The notes below the pieces were generated by a model. The model was not told where the DNA came from. It ran no database searches and saw only the letters and a list, made by a program, of their open reading frames with translations. Both the position numbers and the translations under genes were made by a program. This document shows, piece after piece, positions 48,237-61,764 of a stretch of DNA of 64,000 bases. Source of the stretch: Eledone cirrhosa (lineage: Eukaryota); the NCBI GenBank assembly GCA_964016885.1, contig OZ024743.1, positions 159,154,001-159,218,000 on the forward strand, given 5' to 3'. How positions within the stretch are numbered: position 1 is the first letter of the stretch; each line of letters begins with the position of its first letter.

Positions 48237-49726
48237 ATTATTATTATTATTACAGTTGCATTTATCTTGCTTTATGTTCATACGAGTTATCACTAAGTCA
48301 CAACCAGTGACCTCAAGAGACAACAGACAACATGGTCGGCCATGTTCAAGAAAGAACATACATACACACACATGCATCTTTAGGTGTTTAGACTTGTGAT
48401 GTACTTATATTGACAGAATCTTCCTTAGTTCCCATTATTACTCTCTTTTGTATTTCTCCTATACGCGGGTTTCCTGGGATTTGCGATAAGAAATCATTAG
48501 ACCCCATAGGTATCATTCCTAGAGCGCTTGACAAGTGTGCAAAAGCCACTTTCAAGAAGAGGAAGCTTGTCAACTCAGACTCAGTTGAATTGGGTGCTGA
48601 AACAATCATAAAGGAACTTGAGCAGGAACAAACCTATAAATATTTAGGGATTAAGGAGGGCTCTGGCATACAACATGCAAGTATGAAAGAATGTTACAGG
48701 AGAGTACGTGCAGTTCTGAGATCAGAACTAAACGCTCATAACATGGTGCTACCCATAAATTCATGGGCAGTCCCAGTTGTCACTTATAGCTTCGGTGGGT
48801 TGAACTGGAATATGAGTGAAATCAAAAGAATCGACACCAACGTCCGTAAGCTACTGACCTGTAATAGGATGCACCACCCAAAAGCAGATGTGGATCGTCT
48901 TTACCTTCCTAGAACTCAAGGAGGGCGTGGCCTGATCCAATTTGAACTTTCTTACAAGACCACCATCATTGGACTGGCCAAATACCTTGAAACAACTAAC
49001 GACTGTATGCTGAAACTTGTTGAAAAGCATGAGAGAAGTAAGAAGCTTCATTCTATCTCCAAGTCCTTACTTGGAGATAGAAATTGGAAAATGTGGAAAT
49101 TGAGAACTAAAAGAATACCAGTGGTTGTAAGCGCTCTAGGAATGATACCTATGGGGTCTAATGATTTCTTATCGCAAATCCCAGGAAACCCGCGTATAGG
49201 AGAAATACAAAAGAGAGTAATAATGGGAACTAAGGAAGATTCTGTCAATATAAGTACATCACAAGTCTAAACACCTAAAGATGCATGTGTGTGTATGTAT
49301 GTTCCTTCTTGAACATGGCGGACCATGTTGTCTCTTGAGGTCACTGGTTGTGACTTAGTGATAACTCGTATGATCATAAATAAAGATAAATGCAACTGTA
49401 ATAATAATAATAATAAATGTTTCTAGTTTAGACACACGGCCAGCAATTACCCCAGTGTATTACTAGTACTTGCTCAATTTTTCAAATGTTTTTATAGATA
49501 CATTCTTAACGATGCACAGAATGCATCACCCTAAGGCAGATACAGATAGAATATATCTCCCTAGGAAAGAAGGAGGACGCGTGTTAATCCAGTTAGATAT
49601 TGCGTTGAAAACTGCAACAAATATTATTATTATTATTATTGCCTTTCATCCTTCCGGGGTCGATAGAATAAAGTACCAGTAATGCATTGGGTAATTGCTG
49701 GCCTTGTGCCAAAAGTAGAAACAATT

Positions 49727-52700
49727 ATTATTATTATTTTTATTTTCTTTCATTATTGTTTCTGACACCCAGAGCAAATAAATTGACAGTGTGCATTGGT
49801 AAGCCAGTTAAGACAGCGCATTGATTATAATTAAAAAAAAAACAAAACAAAAAAACAGTATACATATATACACGTGCATATGCATATGTAAATACAAGCA
49901 GGGATATCAATCTTACAGAGATAGTGCTCTTCTCAATGCGCGTGCAGTACCAGTCAAAACAATTTTTTTGCACCTTGTGCAGAGAGGGTAAACCAGGAAT
50001 CATTCGCAAATATTGTTCTGTTCCTTTTTTGATCATTCCCAGTCCTCCCACAATCACTGGTATTGTAACGGCCTTGAGGTACCACATTTTCTCAATTTCA
50101 ATAAGCAGATCTTTATATTTTCGTAGCTTGTCAAATTCTCTGCCGCGATATTGTGATCACATGGGATGCTGATATCTATCAATAAACAGACCTTGTTATG
50201 TTGATCTTTTACAATCATTTAAGGTTTATTTGCTTTTATGGTCCTGTCAGTATGTACAGGAAAGTCCCAGAGAATTGTTACTTTTTCTCCTGCAGTTACA
50301 GCCTCAGGGTGATGATTTTACCACTTGTCTTCAGCTTTGATTTTGTAATGCCGACATTTTACCTCGTGTAGATATTAGTCAACTCTGTCATGTCTATATT
50401 TGTATTCTACTGGTGCTAAAACTTTACATTCAGAGACTAAGTGATCCACTGTTTCAAACTCAGCATTGCCGAATCGGCACTTCAGGGTTATTCCGTTTCT
50501 CATCACATTGGCCTGGTAATTACGAGTCAATAAGCTTTGATCTTGGGCAGCTAAGATGAAGCCTTCACTCTCCGCCTTTAGCCCTGAACTACGTAGCCAC
50601 TGACGGGTGTGCTTTTGATCAACATCAGCTTGTTTGCTACGGCCCACATATTTGCAATGCAAAGGTTTCTGCTCCCAATTTGATGCTAATTGTCCTTGTC
50701 CTTTTGCATTTACCAGTGATTTTATGTGCCTAGCAGCATCAGTTGCAACATTTTCTTTAGTCTACCCAGCCTGGGTATCACGCATGAGATCATAGCATAT
50801 TTGTTGCTCTCCTTCAAGATAGAATGAAGCTTCTTACTTCTCTCATGCTTTTCAACAAGTTTCAGCATACAGTCGTTAGTTGTTTCAAGGTATTTGGCCA
50901 GTCCAATGATGGTGGTCTTGTAAGAAAGTTCAAATTGGATCAGGCCACGCCCTCCTTGAGTTCTAGGAAGGTAAAGACGATCCACATCTGCTTTTGGGTG
51001 GTGCATCCTATTACAGGTCAGTAGCTTACGGACGTTGGTGTCGATTCTTTTGATTTCACTCATATTCCAGTTCAACCCACCGAAGCTATAAGTGATAACT
51101 GGGACTGCCCATGAATTTATGGGTAGCACCATGTTACGAGCGTTTAGTTCTGATCTCAGAACTGCACGTACTCTCCTGTAACATTCTTTCATACTTGCAT
51201 GTTGTATGCCAGAGCCCTCCTTAATCCCTAAATATTTATAGGTTTGTTCCTGCTCAAGTTCCTTTATGATTGTTTCAGCACCCAATTCAACTGAGTCTGA
51301 GTTGACAAGCTTCCTCTTCTTGAAAGTGGCTTTTGCACACTTGTCAAGCCCAAACTCCATCCTGATGTCATCGCTAAACATTTTTACTGTCCGCAAAAGG
51401 CCTTCCAGTTCGTCATTATCTTTACAATATAGCTTCAAATCATCCATATAAAAATAGGTGGCTTATTTTTTTGTTGTCAATTCTATAACCGTACCCTGTT
51501 CTATTAAGTTCGGATGTAAGGCGTATTAAACTATACAGAAAAGCAAGAGTGAAAGTGAGTCACCCTGGAATATACCACAGTTGATGTTTATATTTCTAGA
51601 GCACAGTACCCCAGTGGAATGAGACAATTGGAGATTTGTGTTCCATAATGACATATTGTGTTTCAGGAAGTTTGATATCACAGGTGAGATTTTGAAGATG
51701 TCCAGTGATTTCTAAATCTATGAATGTGGTATGCTGTCAAAGGCTTTTTTATAATCGATCCATGCAGAACTGAGATTTCTGTGTTTATTATGACAGTTCT
51801 CAAGGATCATACGATTAATCAAAAGTTGATCTTTGCAACCATATGAACCTCGTCGACACCCTTTTTGTTCAATGGGGAAAAGATTGTTCTCCTCCAAAAA
51901 CAAGTATGCTTTTTCCATGAGAATAGAGGTTAATAGTTTAAAAGTTTTGGGCAAGCAGGTTATGGGCCGATTGTTTTTTGGATCTTTGGTTTCGTTGTTC
52001 TTTGGTAGAAGGTAGGTAATGCCACTTGCTATCCAATCAGGTGTATTTTTTGGATCTTTCATAATTCCATGCTTCCAGCTTGACCAATATATTGTTAGTG
52101 CACGGGAGTGAGAAAAGCCAGAAATTTGGCACCCTGTTTCTACCAGAGGATTCCCATTTATGAGATTTATTGAGTGCTGTCCTTAAGTCCGCTATGGAGA
52201 TGTCTTCCCACGCATGTTCTTCTAAATTTGTGTAGGATTTTTCCAGGCGACTAATTCAAACTACATTAGCATTATATGTCTTCTCATCCCTCCAAATCTC
52301 TCTCCAGAAGTTTTCAACTTCTTCTATGGACGGGAGGTCTTCAATGATTATTTTTTTCTTCCCTACTTCTCTATAAAATGACTTGGCATTGGATGGGAAC
52401 AACTTATTTTGCCTGTAGAAGTTGTTTCGCTTCTCGAATCTACGAGAACTTTTTGTTTCAGAGATTCTTTTGTTGAAAATATTGCTTCTCTAGAAGATAT
52501 ATTTTCTCCTTAGTTTTCTTACCTTCTTGATTCTTATATCATTTCCAGCGGTTAACTCTCTCAATAAAGACATTTCTCCTCTCATTATGTCAATCTCCTT
52601 TTTGATTCTACTCCTCCAACTTGATTTACCTTGAAGGTTCGACTTTTTTTTATTTTTTTGACGCATAGAGTTACGGCCTTTGCCATTCTGAGTTCAAATC

Positions 52701-53740
52701 CCGCCGAGGTTAACTTTGCCTTTCATCCTTACGGGGTCGATAAAATAAAGTACCAGTAATGCACTGGGGTAATTCCTGGCCTTGTGCCAAAAGTAGAAAA
52801 AATTATTTGTTTTCTATTTTGGATTGTATTTGGAAGTTTTTGAAGTGGTTCTCTATCATTTTAGAATGTCTTACTACTGCAAGCTTATTCAGTATTTTTT
52901 TGCTTTATTTCCTTCATAGTCTCCCTGTCTTCTTCAGCAGATGTTTGGTTTTCAATTAGTGTTTCTAAGTTCCTTTCCTGGCTATTTTCAGCGGGTTTAA
53001 TTGGGCTTCTCATTTCTACAAACCTATTTGTGATTTGGTCAGATGGCGGTCTTTCAGTAAAGTCTTGTAACTGGTTACTATCTCCAGGAGATTCTTCAGT
53101 TCTTTCATCATTTATATTTATGTCATTCTCCACAGCCTGCTTGATCGCAGTTAGTTCAGTGTCTGTGAGTCTATTATTTCGGAAGATATACCTCCTTACA
53201 TTTGCCAACTTATTTCCATCCATATCACGTCTGCTAGCTTGATTCCCAGTTTTCCAGATTTTGTAGGAGCTTAATGTGTGACTGTCTTGTTATGGCTTAC
53301 CTAATTTATAGTACTATGCATATATTACTTCTTTATATACTTCTCGGGTCCATTTCATCCTTTTAGGTTTTTCTTTATGAGGTGGTTTGGGAGGTGGATC
53401 CGGAGGGCTCGAGTTGGGGTAATCCCCGATCAAGTGACCTTCCAGGTCCATAATTGGAGTTTGTGCCAGAGGAGGACTTTTAGATCTGAGGCTGGCACCT
53501 TTCTGAGGGACGCGCTTCCTGATTAACCATACGAAAAGCGATTTGGTATTGTGTATTATTTTTATTTGTTCATCTCGCACTACATGCTTACGTTACGCAT
53601 GTTATTGGACGTACATGGAAAGTTGCCCGGCTCTTTGGGTAGTGCATTTGATGGCTGGCACTGAGATCATTATTACTATTATAACAGTATATTTATGGTC
53701 ATTGCTGTTATTGGTTATTGATTGAGGTGATATTGTTATG
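49727..53740 (-). mobile_element. Near full-length decayed R4/Dong-like RLE LINE, with a SINE inserted at about 52663-52805
   Basis: KRMKWTRE N-terminus, RPITCL, DYKKAFD, GDSLS, YMDD, HLVSEC/RHDRV, IPVIVGGLG; (AAT)n at both ends. Confidence 0.9.
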
Positions 53741-53763
53741 GTTGCAGCTGTAAGAGGTGTACG

Positions 53764-53799
<36 letters not shown>

Positions 53800-53802
<3 letters not shown>

Positions 53803-54035
53803 GTTATTTTTATTTTCTTTTATTATTGTTTCTGAGATATATTCCGAGTTTCTTCGTGACCCCAAGGGCAAATATATTCACAACAAGGTCCGCCATGTTC
53901 AAGAAAGAACATACATACCCACACTTGCATCTTAAAGTGTGTAGGCTTGTGATGTACTTATATTAACGGAATCTTCCTTAGTATATGGGCAGTTCCCATT
54001 AGTACAATATTTTGTATTACTCCAATACGCGGGGA
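53800..54035 (-). mobile_element. 3' end fragment of the RLE LINE family seen at 49080-49400
   Basis: Shared gatgtacttatatt.ac.gaatcttccttag and catgttcaagaaagaacatacatac; (TTA)n tail. Confidence 0.75.
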
Positions 54036-54190
54036 ATTTTTTGTTGTTTGAATTCTTTTGATATTTCTATCTTGTTATAACCTTTTTTAACACGGCCAAA
54101 ACTCACTTCGTATCGTCCTGTTCCGTTCTGTGCCGTCTGTAAAGTTTTTCTTCATGTTAGCCCTTGTGGCCAATAAAGAAACCATTATTA
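54035..54190 (+). mobile_element. Tx1-like 3' UTR fragment
   Basis: cgtcctg repeats and cccttgtggccaataaagaaaccattatt, matching the family B 3' end. Confidence 0.65.
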
Positions 54191-54289
54191 ATAATATAAT
54201 ATACTTTTTGTTGAAGTTGCCTGTTGTTGTTGGCTATATCGGTGGTGGTGCTGGTACTTTTTCTATTGTTGGTGGAGAAGGGGGGAGGC

Positions 54290-55066
54290 AGCAGTGCCAT
54301 AGCCGTTGACGTTTGACCGGGTCACTAAGTCAGTCTATTTATATCTTTTCCCTTGTCTAGTGATACCGCCACCTTCCCCTTTCTTAAGTTAACAGAAGGT
54401 AGTGGGGGAATAGTGGTGGTAGCAATGATGGAGTGGAGGCGGCGGTGATGGGATAGTGGTAGCAATGATGGAATGGCGGCGGCGGTGATTGTAGTTATGG
54501 CGTTGTCGCTACTGAGTTCTGTTGAATAGACTGTAGCTAGTATGTGTTTGATTGATCTATGCGGTTTGTCGCCTTTTTTTAATATATATGTTGACATATT
54601 TCCTTAATATTTGAATTAAACATTTTGAGAAAACTTGAGATACAATAATAATAATAATAATTATTATTATGCTTGGATTGGTGGTGGTGGTGGTGGTGGT
54701 GGTGGTGAAATTGCCGTTATCTGCCTGTTGTATTTAGCGTACACAAACTGGTGGTGGGATAGGTGGTGTATCTTGGTTGTGGTGGTGGTGAAATTGCTGT
54801 TATTTGGCTGTTCTATTTAGTGTAGACAGAGGGGGTTTTCTTCCATTTATAACCATTTTCGTTTTTGAATGTAAAATTTATAATACAAAATTAAATATCT
54901 GAGCCATATAACAGGATATTATGGGCCTTCATTTCCTGAGAGCGAAGACTGGTGCCTGATGTCCCATTTGTACTAAGAATTGTTATATCACAATTGTTTT
55001 AAATATGTTAAAAATCAAAAACTTACGGGAGAGATTCCATAACACTATATCCACCACGTGCGTCTT
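54290..55066 (-). repeat. Second copy of the 13800-14330 repeat
   Basis: Reverse-complement similarity as listed for 13800-14330. Confidence 0.7.
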
Positions 55067-55093
55067 AATTATTATTATTATTATTATTATTAT

Positions 55094-55203
<110 letters not shown>

Positions 55204-55269
55204 GTATGACAATTATCATTTGCTATCTAGCCCTAGCTCTTGTCTGATTTACACCACTCAAGCAAGTTA

Positions 55270-56750
55270 TATGTAGCAAACAGAATTTGAATTACTGTTT
55301 TCCTTAGGAACATCATGGAACATTACGAGTGTGTCGATTCCACAGAGCATTAGAGAAGGTTCTACATAAAAACATAAAAGTTCAGCAATGTTGACTATAC
55401 GCAGCCAGGATGTAAAAGAAATAATTCATTTGATTAATATATTCTTTAAACTCAAATAGGCAATCTGAAATAAGATCATTTTTATAGTTTTCAAACCCCT
55501 GAATTAATTTCAAAACAACCGTTTCGAATTTCATTTCTGTATTTGGGGAATATTCAACCGAGTGTGTTGTATACTGATGATTATATCCTTCACTATTTCC
55601 AATAATATTAAACATGTTTAAAAATTCTACAAAGCTGTTGGCTGCCACGTTCCCTATATTCATATTGTATTGCCTTTTTTAATTCTTTTTGTTTAGATTT
55701 TCATATGAGATTTCGCCCTCTATACTCGCTAAATTTAATAAGAATATTTTCCTATAGGGATTTGAAATGTATAGTTTTCCAAGAAGATTTAATAGGTGAT
55801 AAACGTTATTTCTTCAAATACAAGTGTATTATGGTGTTAGAAATAAGTGCGTTATGATTTTCCAATATCAATAGAATTCGTCAGAGTAAATTCAGTTGGG
55901 AACCGCAGGAAGCATTAAACCTTGGAAGAGAAAACGCACCAGGTAAAACCCTCAATACAATATGGAGGCAACTACACATTTATAAAAAAGCATTTTGTAA
56001 CAGATATGTAGCTATTTTCCCGCAACGCAGTTACTATAATATATTTGCCCACTTCATATGGAAGTTTACATGTGTAGATATCAAGATCATACGAATAAAT
56101 TTGATTAGTGTTGAAAAATCTAAGCCACATACAGATAATAATAAGAGGTGCAAATAAAAACTGAAATAGTCAATGTATTAATAACAACAGATAAAATTAA
56201 TTGCTTCTACTTTAGGCACAAGGCCAGCAAATACCCAGTGCATTACTGGTACTTTATTTTATCGACCCCGTAAGGATGAAGGGCAAAGTCAACCTCGGCG
56301 GGATTTGAACTCAGATCGTAAAGGGACATAACTATGCTGGAAAATATTAATGCTAGGGTTATTTTGTTTGATGTCATTTCTTAATTATTTCGATTCTTAA
56401 TCTTTTTTCTTAGAATTTCAACAGTTTACCGAGCGTTGGCAGATGCGTCTCCTCTTTGTTGAGTATTGATAAACAACTTCTTTGAGATTTTCAGCAGACA
56501 AATAACATAAATTTCTTGGTTCTTTCAGCAAGTTGTTAAACATCATGTTTACTTTATTCAAAGAGACAACTTCTACACAGTCGTTAGATCTACCAGAAAT
56601 AGCAACCCAATTTTTATCATATCTCACCACACTGTCTTAAAAGCTCCGACATTATCACCACTGGAACAATTTGATGATATTTCTGATTCTTCGGGCCTGA
56701 TAAGGGAACCAACAACAGTTTAATGATTGTTTAATATAATGTACCTACAT
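55270..56750 (-). pseudogene. Degraded coding-like relic with LRR-like phrases, interrupted by a SINE (56199-56343)
   Basis: Manual translation gives LRVLPGAFSLP, IIHLYLKK*RLSPI, LGKLYISNP and IGNVAANSFVEFLNMFNIIGN, with many stops. Confidence 0.3.
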
Positions 56751-56984
56751 TAGTATATCACATACCCACATACATATACGCTTGCGCGCATAGTTACATT
56801 AGACAATATAAGTACACATAGAATGAAAAGAGGACCACCGAATAGCGTTTAACCATGTCTCTATTGCTAATCAGACGCTACTTTAACGATAACTCTGCAA
56901 ACCATTCCTTCCAAATTTGATACTTTAATTATTATCTGTTCTTTTACTGTGCTATTTCAAATTTTTCACGGGAAGAAAATTATT

Positions 56985-57639
56985 CTGCACTAGGTGGAGA
57001 AGATCAAGTATCTCGAGGCCATGTTCACAAGTGATGGAAGACAGGAGATTGAATTAAGTGCAAGAATTACTGGAAGTGGGGCCAACTTCAGTATTTGGTA
57101 ATCAGAAGAAGAGACGTAGGTGTAAGAGTCAAATGTAATATTCGCGAAACCCTTACCTATGGTCAAGAATCTTGGGTAATGACCGAAAGAATACAATCAC
57201 AAATACTAGCGGCCGAAATGGGGTTACGCCGGAGCGTCTTTGGAGTAACGATACTCGATAGAGTACGTAGCTCGGTGTTCAGAGTGTTGCTCCAGGTAGA
57301 GTCGCTACTTCTCCGAATTGAGAGAGCACAGCTTCGATAATATGGGCATGAGATTAGAATGCTTCAGGAAAGAATCGCTGGCCATATATTACGGGCAAAA
57401 TCAACCGACAGGAGACTCTCGGGTAGACCCTGAACAAGTTGAGTGGACAACATCCGTGAGCTTGGCTGGTCTTGCTTGGGGATACAAGCGGGTCTATGTG
57501 AGACGGTTGCATCTGACAGGACCCGCTGGAAGGCGTGTTTGAGGACTCTACCCCTACGAGCCCCACAAGAAGAAGAAGAAGAAGAAGAAGAAGAAGAAGA
57601 AGAAGAAGAAGAAGAAGAAGAAGAAGAAGAAGAAGAAGA
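56985..57639 (+). mobile_element. RTE-type LINE 3' fragment with a (GAA)n tail
   Basis: VEKIKYL..MFTSDG, LTYGQESW, GRP…W.DNI…DRTRWK; (GAA)n at 57568-57639. Confidence 0.8.
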
Positions 57640-58229
57640 TTAACCGGTCATTAAGCGTAGTAGTATAATTAAATTACAGGAATAAATATATATTAACACA
57701 AATGTCCAACATAGCTTACGATTAAAAATATTGCCATACATCAAATTATGAATTAAATAACAGCTAATAATTTCAACACATAGCGTAACTGAGCATTATA
57801 AGAACAGATTTGAAACGGAAAACCTATTATCTATCTCATGTTGATTGAAAATGTTGCAGATTCTACTACAGAACACCTACCAATCTACATACTCTCGGGC
57901 TTCCAGCAATCCTCCCCCGCCCCTATTTATCAATTTTCTGATTATTTCCAATCCCACTGCTCTTATTAAACACACACACACCTGCTTATCAATGTTTGTT
58001 AATTTATCTCCTGAGAAATATTTTATTATGTGGTAGCATTTCTCTGTTAATTAATTTCCTTTAGACATTAAAAAAATATTATACCTGATAAAAAATAACA
58101 TTACAGAGATCTCATACGTTATAAAATAAATAGGATGGACTATTTTCTCAATATGTAAACTAAACGACTAATTCTGGTTTGCAAACAATCAAGGGAGACA
58201 ACCTAAAAAATCATCGAATTTCCGATCCC

Positions 58230-59405
58230 TCCGCTTATTCCATCCTCCTATTGTTTTAGACCCGAGAGTATATCTGAAAAAAACAGAACGGTCTCCATGA
58301 CTCGATTATAAAGTGGATTGGATCATTTCTTGAGGGTCGTACTTGCAGAGTTCGGATCAATGGCATTCTGTCATCTGGGGTGGGTGTAGGCAGTGGCCTT
58401 CCCCAGGACTCTATGTTGGACCCAATTCTCTTCCTTCTATACATCAATGATATGCCGAACGTGATTGGTGGAAACGTGCTCCTATTTGCAGATGATGTGA
58501 AAATGGTAACCCGTAGGAGCGAGATCGACAATCTCAAGTCCAGACTCCAGCACGCCTGGAGTTGGTCCATTCACTGGGATTTATACCTCAATGTCGATAA
58601 GTGTTGCCATATGGCAGTGGGTACACCTTATAACTCAGCTCTTACCTTCAACGGTGGCACTGCTCCTTTGAAGGAGGTTGAGGAGACGAAAGATCTTGGT
58701 CTGCTGGTCGACTTGTCCTTCAAACCATCAAAACATTGCATTCAGCCGCAAACAAGGCAAGGAGCTCTCTTATTCTTATTCGACGCTCCTTTGCCAAACT
58801 CACTCCAGAAATTGTTAGGCCTCTCTATGTTGCCCTCGTGAAACCGCACCTAGAATATGGCATCCAAGCAGCAAACCCATATCTCATCCGGCATATCCAT
58901 CACTTGGAGAGAGTTCAACAACTAGCGACTCGAATTGTACAGGGTCTTCATGAGCTGCCCTACGAAAGCCGACTGCAGAAGCTGTACCTCTTCTCCTCTT
59001 CTACTTGGAGCGTCGACGGCTACGAGGCGATCTCATTTTGGCTTACAATCTCTTCAATGGCTATTACGATCTCCCTCAAGATCTCCTATTCACTCCAGCA
59101 CTTGAAAGGGGTCTACGTGGACATGACAAAAAGCTGTTTCACTGCCGCTTTCGCCTAAATAGACGGAAAGCTGCTTTCTCGATCGGCATCTCATCTCTGG
59201 ACCCTGGAATTGGCTTCCAGAAGAAGTATTCAACGCGCCAACCACGCAACAATTCACGCGGAATTGGACCGGTGTTGGACCACTGTGTTTCCGACTGTGT
59301 ACATTTTGCCCCTCTCCCCTCCTTACATGGCATCTGAAGCATCTATGTTTTATTTTCTGCCAAATATATTGAATTGAATTGAATTGAATTGAATTGAATT
59401 GAATT
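58230..59405 (+). mobile_element. CR1/L2-group LINE 3' fragment with a (GAATT)n tail
   Basis: SGLPQDSMLDPILFLLYIND, LFADD, KDLG, LVKPHLEY, LERVQ, ERRRLRGDLI. Confidence 0.88.
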
Positions 59406-59416
59406 CTTTTCTCTGT

Positions 59417-59452
59417 CCAATATTTCGTGACCTAAAAGTCCCTTCATCAGGG
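59417..59452 (-). ncRNA. Minimal hammerhead ribozyme core
   Basis: cc-CTGATGA-ag-ggac-ttttag-gtcac-GAAA-TA-TT-gg. Confidence 0.55.
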
Positions 59453-59744
59453 TTTAAGAAACATTCAGTGGATTCCAATTTTCTTTCTTTGGGATAAAAT
59501 TTTGATTTCGATTAAAATTTTTTCTAAGTTGTCTTCAAGCGTTTTTCGAGGATTACTTCTCTTTCCACGTAAATGACGTCAATCGCCAATATAGTATTTC
59601 GGGAAATCAATTTTCTATTTTCTATGAGATGGAAAGTGACAAGACAAAACAAAGATTATCAGGTAACTTTTAATTATCGTTACTTCATCTTACAGTCCAT
59701 TTTGCATTGTTTAGCCTTCTTCTATCTCTTTCAACGTCATATAT

Positions 59745-59802
59745 ATTGATCACTTACGATCGTTTCAACCGAACGAGGATGAAACGATTGTAAGTGATCA
59801 AT
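59745..59802. repeat. 23-bp-stem hairpin
   Basis: attgatcacttacgatcgtttca…tgaaacgattgtaagtgatcaat, one G-U pair. Confidence 0.9.
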
Positions 59803-59915
59803 GAATCTTCGATTGTTATTTATAAAGTATTTCGCCTCTGTAATATACTATTATTTACATTGATTTATTGAGCTATTCTCATACTTGTAATTGGATAATA
59901 TTTAATAGTACCCAC

Positions 59916-59916
<1 letters not shown>

Positions 59917-60000
<84 letters not shown>

Positions 60001-60013
60001 CTAACTAACTAAG

Positions 60014-60095
<82 letters not shown>

Positions 60096-60120
60096 TATAT
60101 ATTTATATATATATATATAT
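59917..60120. repeat. (TA)n microsatellite; many other (TA)n, (CA)n, (GA)n and (AAT)n tracts occur throughout
   Basis: Seen directly, e.g. 19350-19445 (GA)n, 23300-23384 (CA)/(TA), 34383-34480, 41712-41830, 43972-44043. Confidence 0.97.
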
Positions 60121-61539
60121 GCACACACTCACATATATAGAAGAGTGTGCGTGTGTGTAGCTAGTTGACTGTGAAAATATTATTTGAGTGGGTGTATCGA
60201 TAGTAGAAAAATCCACAGGCTTTGATAGATATTGATAAATATACGAAGAGAAAAAATATCTTGCTGTGTTGTTTTTGAATATATTTTCTGAATAATCTCC
60301 TGTATTTCAACACGCGTATTTCAATGCCACCTACTTTGTCAGTAAGCAGATTGTAGATGTACACTAAATAAACTTGATATAATTTACCATAAATAAAGAG
60401 AAATGTGGGTGAATTCGTAAGGAATGTTGTAGGTGATGCTTAAATGCATACCTACCCAGATCTAGTCGATGTATGCTCAATCATATTCTAGCCTTCACAT
60501 CTCGTTGTGTGAATGTTTCTGTGTGTGTGGTGGTGGTTTCTATGATTATATTATATTATGTATCTCTTCCATACTTTAAGAGCGTTGAGTCAGATTTGAG
60601 GGACTGCTATTTCTGACAGGTAGTGTATCTGCTAGAGACTTTCGCTTCTGCAAATGTACATTTTTTTACACCTAAGTTTTGATATTTCTTAATGTTTCAA
60701 ACTATTCTTGGTCCATCTCTTATTCAGCTGTATGCTTCATATCAAAACCCTATTCACTATATAATTATATTTCATACAAGACCATTCCAGTATTTCTGTA
60801 TGTCTCGTTGGACTATAGACCTGTACCTGAAAACGTCCTTTATAAGATGTAAGTTTAAGCAATGTGCTTTTAACGGAAGTTTAGCAGATGACTATACATT
60901 CTTCACGCGCCTGATATTATCCAAAGGAAAAGTAAGAGACGATGCACTTTGGCACGAGTGCAAGCGTTGCCTTCAGAACAGGAAGAGCTGGAGAAGATAA
61001 CAGAAACACCCCGTCTTACACTCTAACTATTCGGCCAATACAACATTCTAGACTGGTACTTTATTCATCGACCCTGAAACGATGGAATCTACAGGATCTG
61101 AAGTTCAATTGCAAGTTAATTTATCCGATGCTCACACTTTACTTCCAGTTGGCCGCCTTACAAAACCAGAGAAGATATTATCATAGTAATTTGCAAAGGT
61201 ATATAAAGCGAGTTAATGACCGTTTGTGGTCACTCGAGCGGCTCGAAAATAGCAATAGCAACTAAATCTGCCGGAAAATATACATTGATTTAAAAATAAA
61301 AAAAAATAATAGGACATTGCTTAAAATATAAAAAATGTTATAGTCAATCTTTGATCATAGGCCTGCTCGATCAGGGCTGACTTTTCACTCAATAACAAAT
61401 ACTACAAGTAAAACTAACACAGCTTTCTGGCTACCTTCGTCAGAAATGCAATAAACCATTAATTGGCCAATTTTTACCAGCAACGTTATGTTTCACTAAT
61501 CGCGAATTATCCATACTAATTATGCGTCACTCGTATGCG

Positions 61540-61575
<36 letters not shown>

Positions 61576-61764
61576 CGTCTGCTGTTGACGGTAGAGAGAA
61601 AAAATACTCAATTCCAAAGTAGAGTTTAAATATTCGTTTTTTATGGCTATGTAGTGTTTTGTTACTCTGGAGTTTCACCTGCGTAGGAGACATTCCAGAC
61701 TAACAAGAATCACTACATAGCCATGATATAGGAATATACATACATACATACATACATACATACA

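Noticed and set aside
48410-49270. 286-aa ORF as a novel gene
   Set aside because: Chimera of rearranged LINE fragments with an antisense-derived N-terminus.
57443-57643. Poly-Glu protein tail
   Set aside because: Derives from the (GAA)n tail of an RTE LINE.
60692-61265. Short ORFs and a possible small exon at about 60886-60932
   Set aside because: Weak acceptor, no recognisable motif, and partly degenerate SINE sequence; not enough support.
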